A stretch of 64,000 nucleotides of DNA from Phoronis australis. Taxonomy: Eukaryota; Animalia; Phoronida. A program made the position numbers and the translations under genes. The stretch's first letter is position 1, and every line of letters starts with the position of its first letter. The notes beneath the pieces are model-generated. The model was not told where the DNA came from. It ran no database searches and saw only the letters and a program-made list of their open reading frames with translations. Below, piece after piece: positions 14,328-24,339 of this stretch. The stretch is from contig NMRA01000459.1 of the NCBI GenBank assembly GCA_002633005.1, forward strand, positions 43,335 to 107,334, in the 5' to 3' direction.

Positions 14328-15530
14328 ATGATGAACGGGAACTCGACTTTTAACGTGTCGGATACTCTGGAAAAAAACGGAAGCGAGTGCGATGATGTTG
14401 ACTTTGAGGATTTTTACAACAAGGCAAAGTTCGCGACAGGATTGTTTGTTTATCCGACTGTGTGCACGTTTGGGGTTGTGGGAAATGTGATAGCCGTGGT
14501 CGTATTTTACCATTCCAAACCCAAGACATCGACCAACATCTATTTAATTGCATTGGCATTAGCAGACGGTGTGAAACTATTAAATGATTTTCTCTACTTT
14601 TGTGTTACGCTCATTCACATGTACGACTCAAAGACCGGTAAAGAAGCTTTTCACATTTTATACCCATACTCTCACTTCATCATGAGTTGTACGTCGTTCT
14701 TAACTGCATGGTATACTATTTCAGTTGCTGCCGAACGTTATATATATGTTTGTCATCCGGCTCTTTCAAAAAGCATGTGCACAATCAAGCGAGCTAAGAT
14801 CGTCTGCCTCACACTGTGCCTGGTTATGGCGGTTTTAGCAGTTCCGTCCGCTTTACGGTACCGTGTCGTTAATGTTTACGACAACAAGACACACTCTCTC
14901 GTGAAAAACTTAAAACTAACGAGTCTTTGGGAAAACAAAGACTTTGCTAGTTCCTACACATGGATTCAGAATCTTGTCCGCGCAGTAATACCACTTGTGC
15001 TGCTCATTGTGCTCAACTCGAGAATAATCCATTCACTGCGAAGAACACGTGCAAATAAAAAGCTTCGATATCGGAACCGGATATCCACGATGCTCGTTGG
15101 AGTCATAATTGTGTTTTTGATCTGCATAACGCCCGATGCTATATTATCAACCTTTGGCTTTGGATACGCCGAGGGGACTTGTCTCGTGAAAGGAGTTCGG
15201 GAAATATCAGACGCACTGTTGACCCTTAACTCAGCTGTCAATATTATACTGTACAGCATATTCAACAAGTTGTTCAGGTTGCATTTCATAAAGTTATTTT
15301 GCCACGAAACATGCCTTAACGAAAATACCCAAAGAGAGCTGCAGAGTTTTGATAAAGTTTCAGACACTATGTGCATGACCGTGCAGAAGAGTACTGCATC
15401 CGCTACGCTCACCATGCGGGATAGCGTCAAAAATGTGTTGGTTAACAACGACAAGCTACTGCTTGTTCAGAACGGACCTACTTATAAAATGTTATCCTCG
15501 TCGCCCGAGGAAGAACATACGTCTTTATGA
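14328..15530 (+). CDS. Class A (rhodopsin-like) peptide GPCR, FMRFamide/sex-peptide-receptor-like, single coding exon (~400 aa)
   Basis: Seven hydrophobic segments. TM1 GVVGN, STNIYLIALALAD (TM2 LAxxD), ISVAAERYIYVCHP (E/DRY), TM6 FLICITP, TM7 LNSAVNIILY. N-terminal sequons NST/NVS. First ATG at 14328 (the ORF track starts at TTG 14313). Candidate upstream acceptor ttttcag at 14241-14247. Confidence 0.95.
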   Translation: MMNGNSTFNVSDTLEKNGSECDDVDFEDFYNKAKFATGLFVYPTVCTFGVVGNVIAVVVFYHSKPKTSTNIYLIALALADGVKLLNDFLYFCVTLIHMYDSKTGKEAFHILYPYSHFIMSCTSFLTAWYTISVAAERYIYVCHPALSKSMCTIKRAKIVCLTLCLVMAVLAVPSALRYRVVNVYDNKTHSLVKNLKLTSLWENKDFASSYTWIQNLVRAVIPLVLLIVLNSRIIHSLRRTRANKKLRYRNRISTMLVGVIIVFLICITPDAILSTFGFGYAEGTCLVKGVREISDALLTLNSAVNIILYSIFNKLFRLHFIKLFCHETCLNENTQRELQSFDKVSDTMCMTVQKSTASATLTMRDSVKNVLVNNDKLLLVQNGPTYKMLSSSPEEEHTSL

Positions 15531-15654
15531 GAAAAATTGATGTAGAAATGCAAAATCGGTGTCGCATTTGTATGAATTACATGTAATTGAATTTTATTCT
15601 TCTGAAAAGCACAGCAGTCATCTCTGCGTCCAACTGAGCTCACGCATTTTTCGT

Positions 15655-15778
15655 GGCACATGTACCATTGTGGTAAATGTACTATTGTGGTACATGTACT
15701 ATTGTGGTACACATGTACTATTGTGGTACACATGTACTATTGTGGTACATGTACTATTGTGGCACATGTACTATTGTG
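15655..15778. repeat. 17-19-bp tandem repeat (tgtggtacatgtactat)n just 3' of the GPCR stop
   Basis: About 7 adjacent copies, some with an extra CA. It produces the repetitive MYYCGT ORFs. Confidence 0.9.
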
Positions 15779-16460
15779 AACACAAATATATCCTTGCACA
15801 AAATCTTCATAAGCGTTGGTTTCTTGGTGTTCTTATTTGTGAACAACGTCAAACGTGTCAGAAGTATATTTTTGATCATTCTGAAACAGTGCATTTGGGT
15901 TATAAAGAACGTTTGTCGATCCCAAAAAGGCCTACCGATATTTTGAAACCAACCAGTTTGACACTACACCATGGAGTGGCACGTACTGGCATGTAAATTA
16001 TCGTAGCAATGATTAAACTTCTCAGAATTGATTGCGACATGTCAATGAGTTGTGCAACACTGCACGAGTTGATTAGCGCAAATCACAGGTAAATACATGT
16101 ATGTCGTGGAAAACACGCGAAGACTGCAGACAATGCTTGTCACCGGGCGCCATGGTGGTAGAGTTTATGTCCTACGACCACGCACCGTAACAGTTTTTGT
16201 GTGACAACGTGCCATTACGTACCATTTCTGTCGAGAGCAGATCTTAAATTGTGCGTAAAAAGTGCACAAATACAACGCAAATACAGCGCAAACAGGAATC
16301 CATTGAAACGCCACGTTATGCCACAAAATGTTGCAAGTGTCGTTGTATCGGGTCGTCTATCATCAAGGTATTCCCGAACCTTATTGCGTGCTCATCCTTG
16401 CGCGCTGCTGCTGGAACCACACTTGTACACATTTCTATGTCTACCCTGCAATGCACAATA

Positions 16461-17636
16461 TCAGGTGTCCCAAAAAGTGAGCAACTTTTTGAGAGTAATT
16501 TCTCAGCAACGGATAAACCGATTGTTTTTCAAATTTCTTGCAGATGAACCTTGAGCTATTATCAACAAATGAAGAAAATATCAAAGAGATTTGTGTCCAA
16601 ACTGTGCGAGTACTGTCAAATTAAAAAACGCCATGTCAAAAATAATACATCAAAGGGAAGCTCGCTTATTTCAGTCTTTGCTCAATGTGGCCTCCATCTT
16701 CCTCCACGACTAAACGGAGTCGTTTCTTCCAACCAGAAATGCTTGTCCGTATTTCTTTCATCGAGATTTCCTCCCATGAGTCGAGAAGGTTGAATTTCTC
16801 GTATTTGTGTCCCATAAACACAATCGTATTGGCGATTTTAGCAATTTCTAGCGTAAAGTCTTTTTCATCAGCGAAAATGACTCTTTTCACATCCGTAGCT
16901 GAATAGCGGTCATGCAAGTATCGGCATCGAGTTTTTCTATTCGTTCTAACGTTTGATCTCTCCTTGATACCCACATTCTTTTGAAGGTTTTAAGTCCATT
17001 TTTGCCGTTCATTGCACAGAAGACTTGCTCACATGTAAATCCCTTGCCACTTCTCTCAGAGGTGCGTGATTCCCAGAGTTGTCCTCTTGGGATTGAATCA
17101 GTTCCTCAACACGATCCTCTTTTCCTTTCGAAAATGCAGTCTTGGGTCTCCCACTGCCACCTTTACTGGCAACAGACCCTGTGTTGCAATAAGTCTATTG
17201 ACTGCTGCAAAACTCCACCCTTTTCCTGTTAACTCACTTACGATTCTTATTCCGCCCCACCCTTTCTCCTTGAAACAGGATTCAATTGTAAATTTATCAC
17301 TTTTACTCAAAGACATCATTAGAAACCTGAATATTTGACAGTTCTGGTTTGGATACAGATATGACAAAAAACAGTAGACTTGAGACCTGGGCAGGCATTT
17401 TTGACTGACAGATGCTAGCACAGCATGACCACGATGAAAGTCAAAGTGATATTGCATTTTTCACCCCGCTGTTTTGAATTGCACAATACTTCCATAATTT
17501 TTCATATTTCACCAAGACTCTTTGTAGACTTTTTAACGATATCCTGAGGATACATTGTTAAAAATTGAACGAATTCCGTTGGTCAACTGTTGATGAATTA
17601 CTTGTCAAAAAGTGGCTCACTTTTTGAGACACCTGA
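16461..17636 (-). mobile_element. Tc1/mariner-superfamily (mariner/maT-like) DNA transposon, internally deleted
   Basis: TIRs TCAGGTGTCCCAAAAAGTGAGCAACTTTTTGA (left) and TCAGGTGTCTCAAAAAGTGAGCCACTTTTTGA (right, reverse complement), each flanked by TA. Minus-strand transposase remnants lie inside. Confidence 0.92.
16666..17319 (-). pseudogene. Disrupted mariner/maT-like transposase
   Basis: N-terminus MMSLSKSDKFTIESCFKEKGWGG..., a GSGRP-like linker, first catalytic block VIFADEKDF and C-terminus WKKRLRLVVEEDGGHIE. The central DD region is missing and there are frameshifts. Confidence 0.85.
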
Positions 17637-17902
17637 TATAACAAGAAACGCGAATGGTCAACGGATCTAATATTTATACGTGTGAACCGATTACGTCATT
17701 AGATAATTTTGGGACAAGTATCTTGGTGAAGCATATTGAAGATTTCCAAAAGAACGTCCACCACGGACCTGCCACCATGGGTGATCTTTTGGAAGGAAGG
17801 CCCGAAAAAGCCTTCGTGGGGTTCTTTTTGGACCGTTTTGCGCAACTGGTTCGTGTGGGAAACTTTATCAAGATATCAATACTTTACAAAATGTGAAATT
17901 AA

Positions 17903-18415
17903 AGAGGCATGGAAAGCGGAAGCTCGTCTTTTAAACAATTCCTGACGAAAGTTCCATCTTGCAACGTCTAGTACAGAGGGAATCACTTTCCCCCGTGAGA
18001 AATTTTCCAGAAAAAACACAACATTCACGATTTTTGAAATACGCACGAAGAAAAAAATCTGTGGTTACCACAGAGTTTCTAATCTCCCTCCCACTTCTGA
18101 TAAATGCACTCACAGTCAGTTGCTTGAAGCCGTTTAAGGCCAAAGGTCACATTTGCCTTATATGGGAAATGTGCTATGACTATCTCTTGACATACCAAAT
18201 AAGGAGACGTGCTTTGCCTTGTGGGAGAACAATTGATGAAGTAGCGAGCAGTTGACAGAAACCAAAAGAAAATGCTTTAATACAATATATCAACAGAAAT
18301 TAAAAGTCTTCACAAACAAACGCTAAAAACATCTGGTGAGCAGGTTGAACCCTGCTTCAGAGAGAACCACTTTCAAAATTGCAATTTAGTCAGTTGATCG
18401 CGTTCTAGGCTTTTC
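17903..18415 (+). mobile_element. ~500-bp non-autonomous TTAA-flanked DNA element (Kolobok-type ends), copy A
   Basis: Starts TTAA|AGAGG. Aligns in reverse orientation to 41476-41979 (cctgacgaaagt.ccatcttgcaa.gtctagtacagag) and partly to 60860-61015. Confidence 0.65.
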
Positions 18416-18699
18416 TGAAAATAACCGTCAAATTAATTCATGTTGATTACACGTCACCAGACTTTTCTTACAGCAGCAAAGTTGCCGGCACCTTCCATCC
18501 ATGTCGGAATGAAAGGATTCCAGTCTGCACACAAGTTTCCTAAAGGGACGCAGTACTTTTTTCGAAAGACAACTTAGAGTTATATCTGGACGCAATGACA
18601 CTTTGGTGAAATGAACGTCTCGCTGTTGTGGGTAAGATGGCACTGTACGGTTATACAGTAGTGATGCAGACGTCAAAAACATACGCGAAAACATTAAAA

Positions 18700-18718
18700 T
18701 GGCCACCAGGTGGCGCAG
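18700..18718 (+). promoter_or_regulatory. Candidate CTCF-binding site
   Basis: TGGCCACCAGGTGGCGCAG closely matches the CTCF consensus core CCASYAGRKGGCR. Motif match only. Confidence 0.4.
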
Positions 18719-18871
18719 AAAACGACAAATCTGTCCGAAAATGGGAAAGCGTTGTTGTGTTCTTAATAGAAACATATTTGCCGAATTTCATGAAAATACG
18801 TTACTGAACTCCGAGGATACAGAAACAAACGTAAAAAATATGTCTGTAGGGTGCACAGTGGTATTAGGATC

Positions 18872-19028
18872 CAGGGACGGATCCAGAATTTTGAGTTGGG
18901 GGGGGGGCACGGCAGAGAATCAGCCGAGATTTTGCCCGTCATGCATTCCCACCCCGAAGTGCCAAATTGAATCTGAGAGAATTTTAGGGGGGCCATGGCC
19001 CCCTTGGCCCGCCTCTAAATCCGCCACT
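18872..19028 (-). mobile_element. GC-rich ~155-bp hAT-type MITE
   Basis: Ends CAGGGACGGATCCAG...TAAATCCGCCACT. It is a reverse-complement relative of 60224-60383. The right end abuts the gap. Confidence 0.6.
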
Positions 19029-19333
19029 NNNNNNNNNNNNNNNNNNNNNNNNNNNNNNNNNNNNNNNNNNNNNNNNNNNNNNNNNNNNNNNNNNNNNNNN
19101 NNNNNNNNNNNNNNNNNNNNNNNNNNNNNNNNNNNNNNNNNNNNNNNNNNNNNNNNNNNNNNNNNNNNNNNNNNNNNNNNNNNNNNNNNNNNNNNNNNNN
19201 NNNNNNNNNNNNNNNNNNNNNNNNNNNNNNNNNNNNNNNNNNNNNNNNNNNNNNNNNNNNNNNNNNNNNNNNNNNNNNNNNNNNNNNNNNNNNNNNNNNN
19301 NNNNNNNNNNNNNNNNNNNNNNNNNNNNNNNNN
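19029..19333. other. Assembly gap (N run)
   Basis: Run of n, followed by a poly-G tract. Confidence 1.
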
Positions 19334-19852
19334 GGGGGGGGGGGGCTCAGATCCAATTTCAACTGTCATATTCGGAACACGGCGCAATCGTAACGGAACT
19401 ATGGCTAAGTATAGACTCTCTCGCGATATCTCAGGCGACCGGCAGTGGCGCTGGGCACTACGACTCCGTTTCCGTCGTCTGCTCCACTGTGCAATGAAGA
19501 AAATTACTTCATTTTTTAAAGAAAATGGAATCTTTGTGATGATGAAAAAAAGAAGCTGCTGGTAAGATGTCAATTTTAATCGAAGCCTTAGTCAATCACT
19601 CAGAAACTCTAATTCTCTCTTTGTCAAACCTTAACTTAAGACGATTTCCAAAGCAATCGCGTCACTGTTGCCAACACAAAAAACGGATTTGGACTTTTGG
19701 GCAATTGAAGACTATTTCAAATACAACAAATTTGTAACGAACTGAGTGCACAAAATATAAAACATGTAATAAGCATTACAAAAAAGGTTTCGCGTACAAA
19801 CGCTGTGGACCATAAACAAATAGGTCTCTTAGCATCAAAGTAGGAGTTAAAT

Positions 19853-19929
19853 CGTGGAGGTGCAGTGGTAAAGCACATGCGCTCTATCCGCCAGGTCGTG
19901 AGGTCGAGTCTGTGGCGCTTGCAGTTTTT
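19853..19929 (+). repeat. tRNA-derived (SINE-head-like) sequence
   Basis: A-box-like GGTGCAGTGGTAAAGCAC, degenerate B-box GAGGTCGAGTC and a downstream TTTTT. No intact cloverleaf. Confidence 0.4.
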
Positions 19930-21319
19930 CCTGTTTGACACTTCCTCCGATTTTTTTTGCCTTTTTTCTTGATAATACTTCGGGAATCAAGGAAAATGCC
20001 TGATTTTTAGAAGAAAAAACAAACCCCCCTCCCGATCTCCCCCCATTCGGTGCTATGCGCATCTACAATCGTGCTTTGAACAAATGTTTACAGACAGAGT
20101 GTTGGGCCCCCCTTGTGATATCCTAGATCCGCCACTGACTAGGGGGAGACACAGTAGTCGGACCCGTCCCAAGGTCAACGTCAGTCGTCACCTTCTCATT
20201 AGCAAAACAGCTGTAAATTTTTATAATGATCCTCTGAGAGCGGTATGGCAGATAGAGTGGCGTACGCCAGAAAACGGACGCAAAAATAACAAAAATGTCC
20301 ACAAGGTGACGTAAAATTCATCGCCTCGGCATGAAAAAAGCTATTTGCCGCAGGAGCTCCGATTATTCAGAGAAAAACGAAAACAGTTAAAATTGCCAAT
20401 AGCGGACACATCTGTATTTGGGTGGATCCGAAACTCGTCGTCATCTGTCTTCAACTAGATAGGAACACACCTGCCAAATTTCAATAAGATCCTGCAAGGG
20501 GTTTAGCCGCGGACACCCGGACAGAGATTACGGCAATATGCACCCACGTATAAATATGTGGGCGAACAAAAAGGTTACTAGTTAGGTTGTAAATACATTT
20601 TCCTTGAACACGGCGGCTTTCTATAGCATTGTGGCCGACTGAGAAATCTGCCGTGCAATTCGAGGCCACCCTCAAACAACCCAGAGTTGCAAAAATGCAA
20701 TTGTATGCCAGCACTTTTGGACCCTCTGTTTGGAATCTGTAGAAATTTTGATTTCAGAATCAAGCGTTGGCTTATGTCTAACATTTGCAGGAAAGTGTTG
20801 GTGTTGGATTGCCAAACTGTCAAGGTTGGTTTTTGCAACCATTTTGCAACGAAAATATGAGACAGCATCAATTTTCTGTGGTCATACGCAGCGATTTTGA
20901 TATTAAACGATTCGCGGCTTTCCAGTTGGTTCCTAAAGTTTTCGACAGTCCACTGGAAACTAGGGCGCAAGCTCGTCGCATACGAGATATCGGTAGATAC
21001 AATGTAGGCGTACCCATTGTTCACTTCATTTTCCTTTCTTATAAGAAAGATAATGGTAAGCATTTATCTGTAACCGGCTGATGTGCGCCCAAGGTACATG
21101 CACGATATCCGTGCGACCTGTGTTGTCATATCCAACAACGAAGGAAAACAATGATAGCGTCCCATTCGCCTTACACTTTATCGTTTACAAAAAACTAACA
21201 CCAAGTACCAACAACCAAACAATATTTCCAGTATTTTACCTCCACCTCGAACAATCCGTCACACTTCAACATGACATTCAAACAGTAGCGTACTACGTAC
21301 TCCCAGTCGGAAGGACATG

Positions 21320-23726
21320 TGATACGCCGTTACATTTTACGTCATTGTTACATTTTACGTTGCCAAGGCTCTCCTAAAATGTAACAAGTTGTTACATTTT
21401 AGATAGTTGTTACATTTCACGTCGGACGCACATGCGAGAAATGTACCATTGTTACATTTTACGAAACCCGCGTCATATTGCAAAGAAAATGACCAAAATC
21501 ACGAACAAGTGGTATCTGACACGGCCGGGCGGTAGGCCTACTGGAGTATTTTTAGATGAGGAGAAAAATTTGAATACCCACCCGTTTAGAGAGTGAGCTC
21601 GAACAAAAAAGTGACCCGTTTAGAGACTAATTTGTGTACAAATTCGCATTTTCGCACACTTCTGTTTCAGAAATTCAGGAAAGCTATCCTTATATATAGT
21701 TTTGTCGGAAATGACACCATTTTGGAGAGTGTTCTTTCTGTGAAAAAAACACCCTGGGCTGCACTTTTCGTATACATCTTCTATAGGAATGAGACGGGCC
21801 GACACGACATGAATTTCGCTACCTATTATCATTTTTACACATTACCATCACTACTATTACTGCCATTAATGCTATTACTACTATCACTAGTATTACTCGT
21901 TATCGCTTCGTTTTCGTTTTCGTTATTGTTATTATTAATATTTTAAAATTTATTGATTAAGGACACAATACATGTTTAGCAAAGTCCTGATACATCATGG
22001 TCCTCAAAGATTTTAAATCATCTCATTTATGGTTCAATGTTGTCATCGGGCTTTCCATAGTGGACGGCGAGTGCTGTTCCCCTTTTAAAGGGGTTCCCGT
22101 GTTCAGCTTTAATAATATTGTGAGGAACGTCTTGACAGCTGTGGATGCAGAGTAGGCCTACTTTTTGGAAACGAGGAGGTTGAGATTTAAAATCTTGTTT
22201 AGGCGTGCACCAACTTCAAAAATTGATTATTTCTGAACTATCGGCAAGCAGACTTTGTAAATATAACTATACTCATCTGTTTGCCACAAAGAACTGAATT
22301 CAGACCGCAATATTGTCTCTGACTTGTTGAAAACATTCCTTGTCAAAGAACTGGGGATCGTTCCATGATAATGTGTAAGTGGAAAAATGGCGTTAAGTTG
22401 AATTCTGGAGGCAGACATTTTTCGGCAACTAACGACTAGTCGGCTGCGGTCACCGGGTCAGGAGAATAGCTGGTAACGGACATACAAAACACGCAACGAT
22501 TTTGCGTGGAATGGGCCCCAATATTCTTAGAAAAACTCAGTGATTTAACAGAATGACTTGAACTAGGTTTCATTGAAAGTGGGTTTCATGGAACAAAAAC
22601 CGCCAACGTGGAAGTCAGTGATGTTTAATATGAGCTTTTAATGCATTGCATCAAAAGGATTAATATGCCAAATTCCCTTATCTGCGAGCTGCGACACAAA
22701 AAGTGGCTCCTCATGAGACACGTGACTTAACAGCCTGTCAGCTTCTTTGGACTATTGTCCTTTTACATTATCGACCTTGACCAGGTTTGAGCAAAATGAT
22801 TATGTCCTTTCAGACTGCAAAATATTTTTTATTTCCCCAGCTAGGCATCCCATTTTTACGTATACACGTCATGGTTTCATGTGTTGTCACCACCGCTACT
22901 TCAGGCAGAACTTTCTTTCAGCGTTAAGGCTGTATAACACACGTTACTATGCCGCTACTTTTTTACACTATTGGCTCGCTGTGCTCAAAGGCGGTATTTT
23001 GCTGTTGCTTTGGAAAAGCCTGTCAACCTGCCGGCAAATAAATGATAAGTGATAAATAAGTGATTTTATTTCCTTCCATCACAATGTGTTTAAGAAATAA
23101 ACTATTGTGGACTAAAACTGGTCTTTTTTCTATCAAATTGGCTTCTGAAATTCAATTTTTCATGAAACATTTTGTTACTGTCGTTCATTCCCGAAGACAT
23201 ACGATAAATATTAGCCAAATAAGATGTCATTATTGTTCTCACCAAGGGAAGTGGGTTTATGAGCGCCAACAAAAGATTGCAAGAACAATTTAACGATTAA
23301 AAACTTATTACCTGATCATGTGAAACTCCTTTCGTGTGGAGTTGAAATTGTACGCTGAACATTTTTGACTTTACCATAAAACTACTCATGTTAAAAAACA
23401 CGGAAAGTGCATAGGGACACATCTATCAAGTCAACCTGGCACATTTGATAGAGTTTCATTCACACTATCCGAGAAAGAAGGCGATAAGTGTGTCGACGGT
23501 TTTCCTCTGAGTGACAAATACCATGCAAACTCATGAAATATGACGTCGCTTTCGTAAAATGTAACAATAGTACATTTCTCGCATGTGCATTCGAAGTAAA
23601 TTGTAACAATTACATTTTAGGAAAGGTCTAGCAACGCAAAATGTAACAATGACATAAAATGTAACAATTTCGTAAAATGTAACAATTGTTACATTTTACG
23701 AAATTGTTACATTTTACGGCGTATCA
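21320..23726. mobile_element. 2.4-kb non-autonomous DNA element with long sub-repeated TIRs, TG..CA ends and a 6-bp TSD
   Basis: Left GACATG|TGATACGCCGT, right ACGGCGTATCA|GACATG. The ~160-190-bp inverted arms are built from (tt)gttacattttac units and share gcacatgcgagaaatgtac. Confidence 0.85.
21833..21945. repeat. Degenerate (TAT/TAC)n microsatellite
   Basis: attaccatcactactattactgccattaatgctattactactatc... It explains the poly-Leu end of ORF 21593-21946. Confidence 0.75.
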
Positions 23727-24339
23727 GACATGCAAACAACTCAGTTCTCAAACGGACTCATCTTCGAATATGGCGAATTCCATATCCACGTTCATTCAAA
23801 CGGAGACTAGCCCCGACTCAACAAATGCGGTGAGACTACCTATCTGTGCTGTCTCAAGGTCAATTCAGTGCTCACGCGCGGGAAAGTCTTGCTGTCTGTG
23901 TTATTAATAAACATTTGTTAAGTTTTAATGTTACAGCTTCAACGAGTATTTATTAGATTCTAATTGAATTTTTGTTACGAAAGCTAAATGCAATTTACAG
24001 CTAGTCAGTCACATCGCGTGGTTTCTTGAGTTGGGGTTTCGTCTCCATTTGTATATGAACGTGGATATGTAATTCACCGCCGAGGATGGGTCCGTTTAAG
24101 AAGTTATTTGCATGTCCTTCAGACTGAGCGTACCTACATGATCCTGGTGTTTTGGATGTCATATTGAACCTTGTGACCTTCACTGAATTCCGGCATTGTG
24201 TGGTTGTTTGTACTAGTGTTTTGCAGACGGTAAAGCGTATGGATTTCTACGTTGCACTGCTTTGTGACTTTCCCATGTAACATAAAAAAATACGTACTCG
24301 GTGTTATACCACAAAATTAGCCTTGAATGGCCAATACAA

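Noticed and set aside
14966-15454. 162-aa minus-strand ORF
   Set aside because: Antisense shadow of the GPCR CDS.
18699-19573. ORFs of 288, 217 and 115 aa
   Set aside because: They are open only because they read through the N gap.
20578-21063. 161-aa minus-strand ORF
   Set aside because: Non-ATG start, no recognisable motif and no convincing splice context. A BLASTX search would be needed to rescue it.
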